This document shows, in pieces, positions 61,098-64,000 of a stretch of DNA of 64,000 bases (within the stretch, counting starts at the first letter, position 1; every line of letters begins with the position of its first letter). The stretch covers positions 145,256 through 209,255 of the forward strand of contig RBZT01000588.1 of the NCBI GenBank assembly GCA_003693705.1, in the 5' to 3' direction. The DNA comes from Polymyxa betae A26-41 (Eukaryota > Protista > Endomyxa: Phytomyxea). The notes beneath the pieces are model-generated. The model worked only from the letters and a program-made list of their open reading frames with translations. It did no database searches and was not told the origin of the DNA. The position numbers and the translations under genes were made by a program.

Positions 61098-62066
61098 ATG
61101 CGTCTTTCCACAGTGACTTTGTTGCTCGTCGGGGTGGTCCTGGCGTTGAGCGCCATTCCAGCTGAAGCTGGTATTGGACTTGGACATGGTGTCAACAGCA
61201 TCCATGGGCATTCCGGCTCCGGATCCAGCAAGGCTGCCAATGAAAAAGCCGCCCTTGCTAATGCTGCCACCAAGAAGAACGCCGCTGCTTTGAACAGCAA
61301 CTTCGCCCAGTCTACAGCCGCCGCAGCCAAAAACGCTGCTGCCAAGAAGGCATCAAAGGCAGCTGCCGCATCCCAGGCCGTCAAGAAGCACATCAACAAG
61401 AACGCCGCCGCAGCCGCCGCGAAAAAGAGTGCCGCCAGCAAGGCTGCCGCTTCCAAGCTGGCCCAGCTGAAGAAGAAGGCAGCTGCCGCTTCTCGAGTTC
61501 GCACGGCCAAGTACAACCGCGCCAAGAACCTCAACATTTACTCGAAGAAGGCTACTGATGTCGTGAACAGCTTCGTCAACGAGGCCGCCACCGCGAAATC
61601 GGCTGCCGCTGCTGCCGCCAGGAAATCAGCTGCCGCCAAGGCCGCCGCCGTCAACTCCGCCAGGACCAAACGGGCCAACAACCTGAACGCCGCCAAGGCC
61701 GCTCGCAGCCAAGCAGCTTTCAAGTCGGCAGCTAACTCAGCTCATGTCAACTCGGCAGCCAAGAAGGCGGCCAAGAAGGCTCACAAGAACGCGTTCAACA
61801 CCAACTTCGCAGCAGCTAAGAAGGCTGCCAACAAGCGCGCTGCGTTCGCCAAGTTCCACAAGCACGGATTCGGAAAGACAGGATATGGTGCTCATTCTGG
61901 TGGCTGGGGAGGTCTAGGCAGCATGGGCTATGGCATCTGGAGCGGCGGTTACCCATCATCGGTAGGAGTATATGGACTTGGCCAAGGAATTGGTCATCTG
62001 GGATTCGGTGCTGGTAGCGTGGGCAGTTTGGGAGGAGTCGGCCTTGGATTCTCTTCCATGTATTAA
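61098..62066 (+). CDS. Secreted structural-type protein B: Ala/Lys/Asn core, Gly/Tyr-rich tail
   Basis: Intronless; signal peptide MRLSTVTLLLVGVVLALSAIPAEA; strong GCC/AAG/AAC codon bias; paralogue of 56865..58421. Confidence 0.9.
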   Translation: MRLSTVTLLLVGVVLALSAIPAEAGIGLGHGVNSIHGHSGSGSSKAANEKAALANAATKKNAAALNSNFAQSTAAAAKNAAAKKASKAAAASQAVKKHINKNAAAAAAKKSAASKAAASKLAQLKKKAAAASRVRTAKYNRAKNLNIYSKKATDVVNSFVNEAATAKSAAAAAARKSAAAKAAAVNSARTKRANNLNAAKAARSQAAFKSAANSAHVNSAAKKAAKKAHKNAFNTNFAAAKKAANKRAAFAKFHKHGFGKTGYGAHSGGWGGLGSMGYGIWSGGYPSSVGVYGLGQGIGHLGFGAGSVGSLGGVGLGFSSMY

Positions 62067-63118
62067 ATCGTCCAAACGTTAATACAGTAAAACTGGAATG
62101 TTGCGATTTGGTGATTCTCAACGTAGTCAGCTGGGCCGATGATCTAGATGCGGATTCGTCACTCTCAGCATGTAGAGTTGGCTAGATCTCCATTTCAACA
62201 GGTATGCCCTAGATTAAGCAGTTAGCAGCGACAAGAATCATGTAAAGTCGAAAATGAAAGGAAGAAGCCGGGGCACCTCTTTGTTTAAAAGAGTCATTTT
62301 TGGATGGTGTTTTATGTTTTTTCTTTATAGGATTTTGGAGCCCCCGCACGGCAGTTCTATTCGCAGATCTAACATTAAATAGGAACCGAATAGCGAAAAA
62401 ACGCCACACTTTCCGTGCGCTCGTTTTGTTCTCGATCGCAGCAAAACAGAACCAGATCTGTTCTCTGTTGATCGAACCAATTCAATTTTCTCGCATACAT
62501 ATTACATACATGATAGATTTGAGAGTCATATCTTTGACACAAACTGCGGAAGGCTTTCGTGGAAATGTGAAATCATGATTCTAATTATTCAGACACATTT
62601 ACCGTATTTCAAATGCTATTTTGGAATAGAGTTCGACAAATAGAATTGCGTTGTGTGGATGCTCTGAGCCACATTTGCATCACCGACAAAGGCACAAATG
62701 TTTCGAGGCCCAATGGAAAATCGATAAAACCGTCATAAAAGATAATTCTTCATCGGGTGAGATACCAGCTGAGAAGAGCAAGTTTCGAAAGTCCCATGAT
62801 GCCCTGAACACACCAAGAAGCAAGACGAGTCACAAAGGCGTACGAAGCTCCGAATCTTACCTAGTACGAGCTGCTGTTCTCACAGCCCAACTTAAGAGGG
62901 AAATGTATCGATGACATCGATACTATAGCAATTGAGACGGGGCAACGCACATCGATGTCTTAGAGCAAGCTCGAGGGTGGCATTCGGTCGTCACCTTACT
63001 CGGCAAAGAAACATCCAGGACCGAACACATGCAGGTTGGGATGTTGATCTGCCAGAAAATTCTGGTGACTACAGCGTCTCAAATCTTCACAAAAACATCG
63101 ATCTCACAACGTAGCTAT

Positions 63119-63146
63119 GCATTAGGGTTTGGTCAAACCCTAATGC
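63119..63146. repeat. Perfect 13-bp inverted repeat made of telomere/telobox-like motifs
   Basis: gcattagggtttg-gt-caaaccctaatgc. Confidence 0.85.
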
Positions 63147-64000
63147 CATCATGACTATTGACTATGTCTCAGTGTTCGCTCCTACCGATAGCCAGTGTGT
63201 AAACCCTGCATTTACCTGTTTTTCGTTCAGGTAAATAGTAGCTCACAAACATCAGCTGCGACACTGAAATTGGAGTCATGTGATTGCCTTGAAGAATTCG
63301 AGGTTTTTAAAGACAAATGAAGACTGAAGACTATTGCGGACACAGCAATTTGAATGGAGCCGAGATGGAAGACAGACGGGCTACTTCATTTCGTACAGAT
63401 CTCAAGCAGTGATTTGGGTTTCTTTATTACTTTGTGTAGTTATGTTAGATGAACATGTCATCTGTCAAAATCTTCCTCAATGGATTATAATAAACGCACC
63501 AACCCAGTTCAAACCTCTCCCAGTTTCAGGGCATCACTCTCAGCTCCGGGTTTTCCCATCAATTGTCGGATCCTAAAATAAGAGTGTTCTGTGATTTTTA
63601 TGTCCCTTGTTAGAAATTGGTTCCCAATGTGAGAGAGGGAGAGATAATAGTGGTGAAATTCTGCCCAATTTCATTGATCAGATTCGATCTAAATTTGGAA
63701 TCGAAGATGCGGATGCAACGACTGAATGACCCAGATTCCGGCCGGAACTAATCTTGCTACTCATCTATTGATCCTGAGTGACTAATCCTGCTTCTCATCC
63801 ATTGATTCTGAGATTAAATCCAACCCCATATATAGAGACATTAGAGGATTTGATATATTAGAATCATTAGCGCATCGATCATATATAAGATGGATATTAG
63901 TACGCAATTACATATATACACAAGAGCAGATTTCAGATTTGTATCCCTTTTGGGTGACTGCGAGTCTGCGGCCTTCTTAATGACCGTAAAGGGAGTCTCC

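Noticed and set aside
60860-61723. Long Ala/Leu/Phe-rich antisense ORFs
   Set aside because: Shadow frames produced by the codon bias of the plus-strand secreted gene
62200-63580. ORFs that might be transposon remnants
   Set aside because: No transposase or reverse transcriptase motifs, terminal repeats or target duplications recognised

Overview
A gene-dense eukaryotic window (GC roughly mid-40s %, by eye). It holds about 40 protein-coding genes broken by many very short (~45-60 nt) spliceosomal introns, with intergenic gaps often under 100 nt. The gene set points to a flagellated protist: ARL13, IFT56, two outer-dynein-arm docking-complex-like proteins, a SPAG1-like gene and a DASH/Ask1 kinetochore subunit. 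The overall style fits a phytomyxid/plasmodiophorid rhizarian, but that is inference only. Recognisable housekeeping genes are HAUS5, MRPL49, GHITM, a UCH deubiquitinase, glucosidase II beta, a LYR protein, MLH1, G-alpha, LSM12, MED17, MED10, an ABCB half-transporter and THOC7. I saw no rRNA, tRNA, CRISPR array or intact mobile element. The most interesting items are: (1) a pair of divergently oriented, intronless, secreted Lys/Ala/Asn-rich paralogues with Gly/Tyr-rich tails, a strictly gap-free shared core and a shared 12-bp upstream element; (2) a 66-aa microprotein made only of the PDCD4/SERBP1-type ribosome-binding motif; (3) a myosin-TH1+PH+PH+adenylyl cyclase; (4) an RCC1+ODA-docking coiled-coil fusion; (5) a PUB+2xA20+AN1 protein; (6) an intron-containing EboF-like phosphodiesterase; (7) an exon-duplicated Trp-motif repeat protein; (8) a MOZART2-like gene. 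All gene models were spliced by eye, so boundaries are approximate, and family calls rest on remembered motifs rather than database searches.
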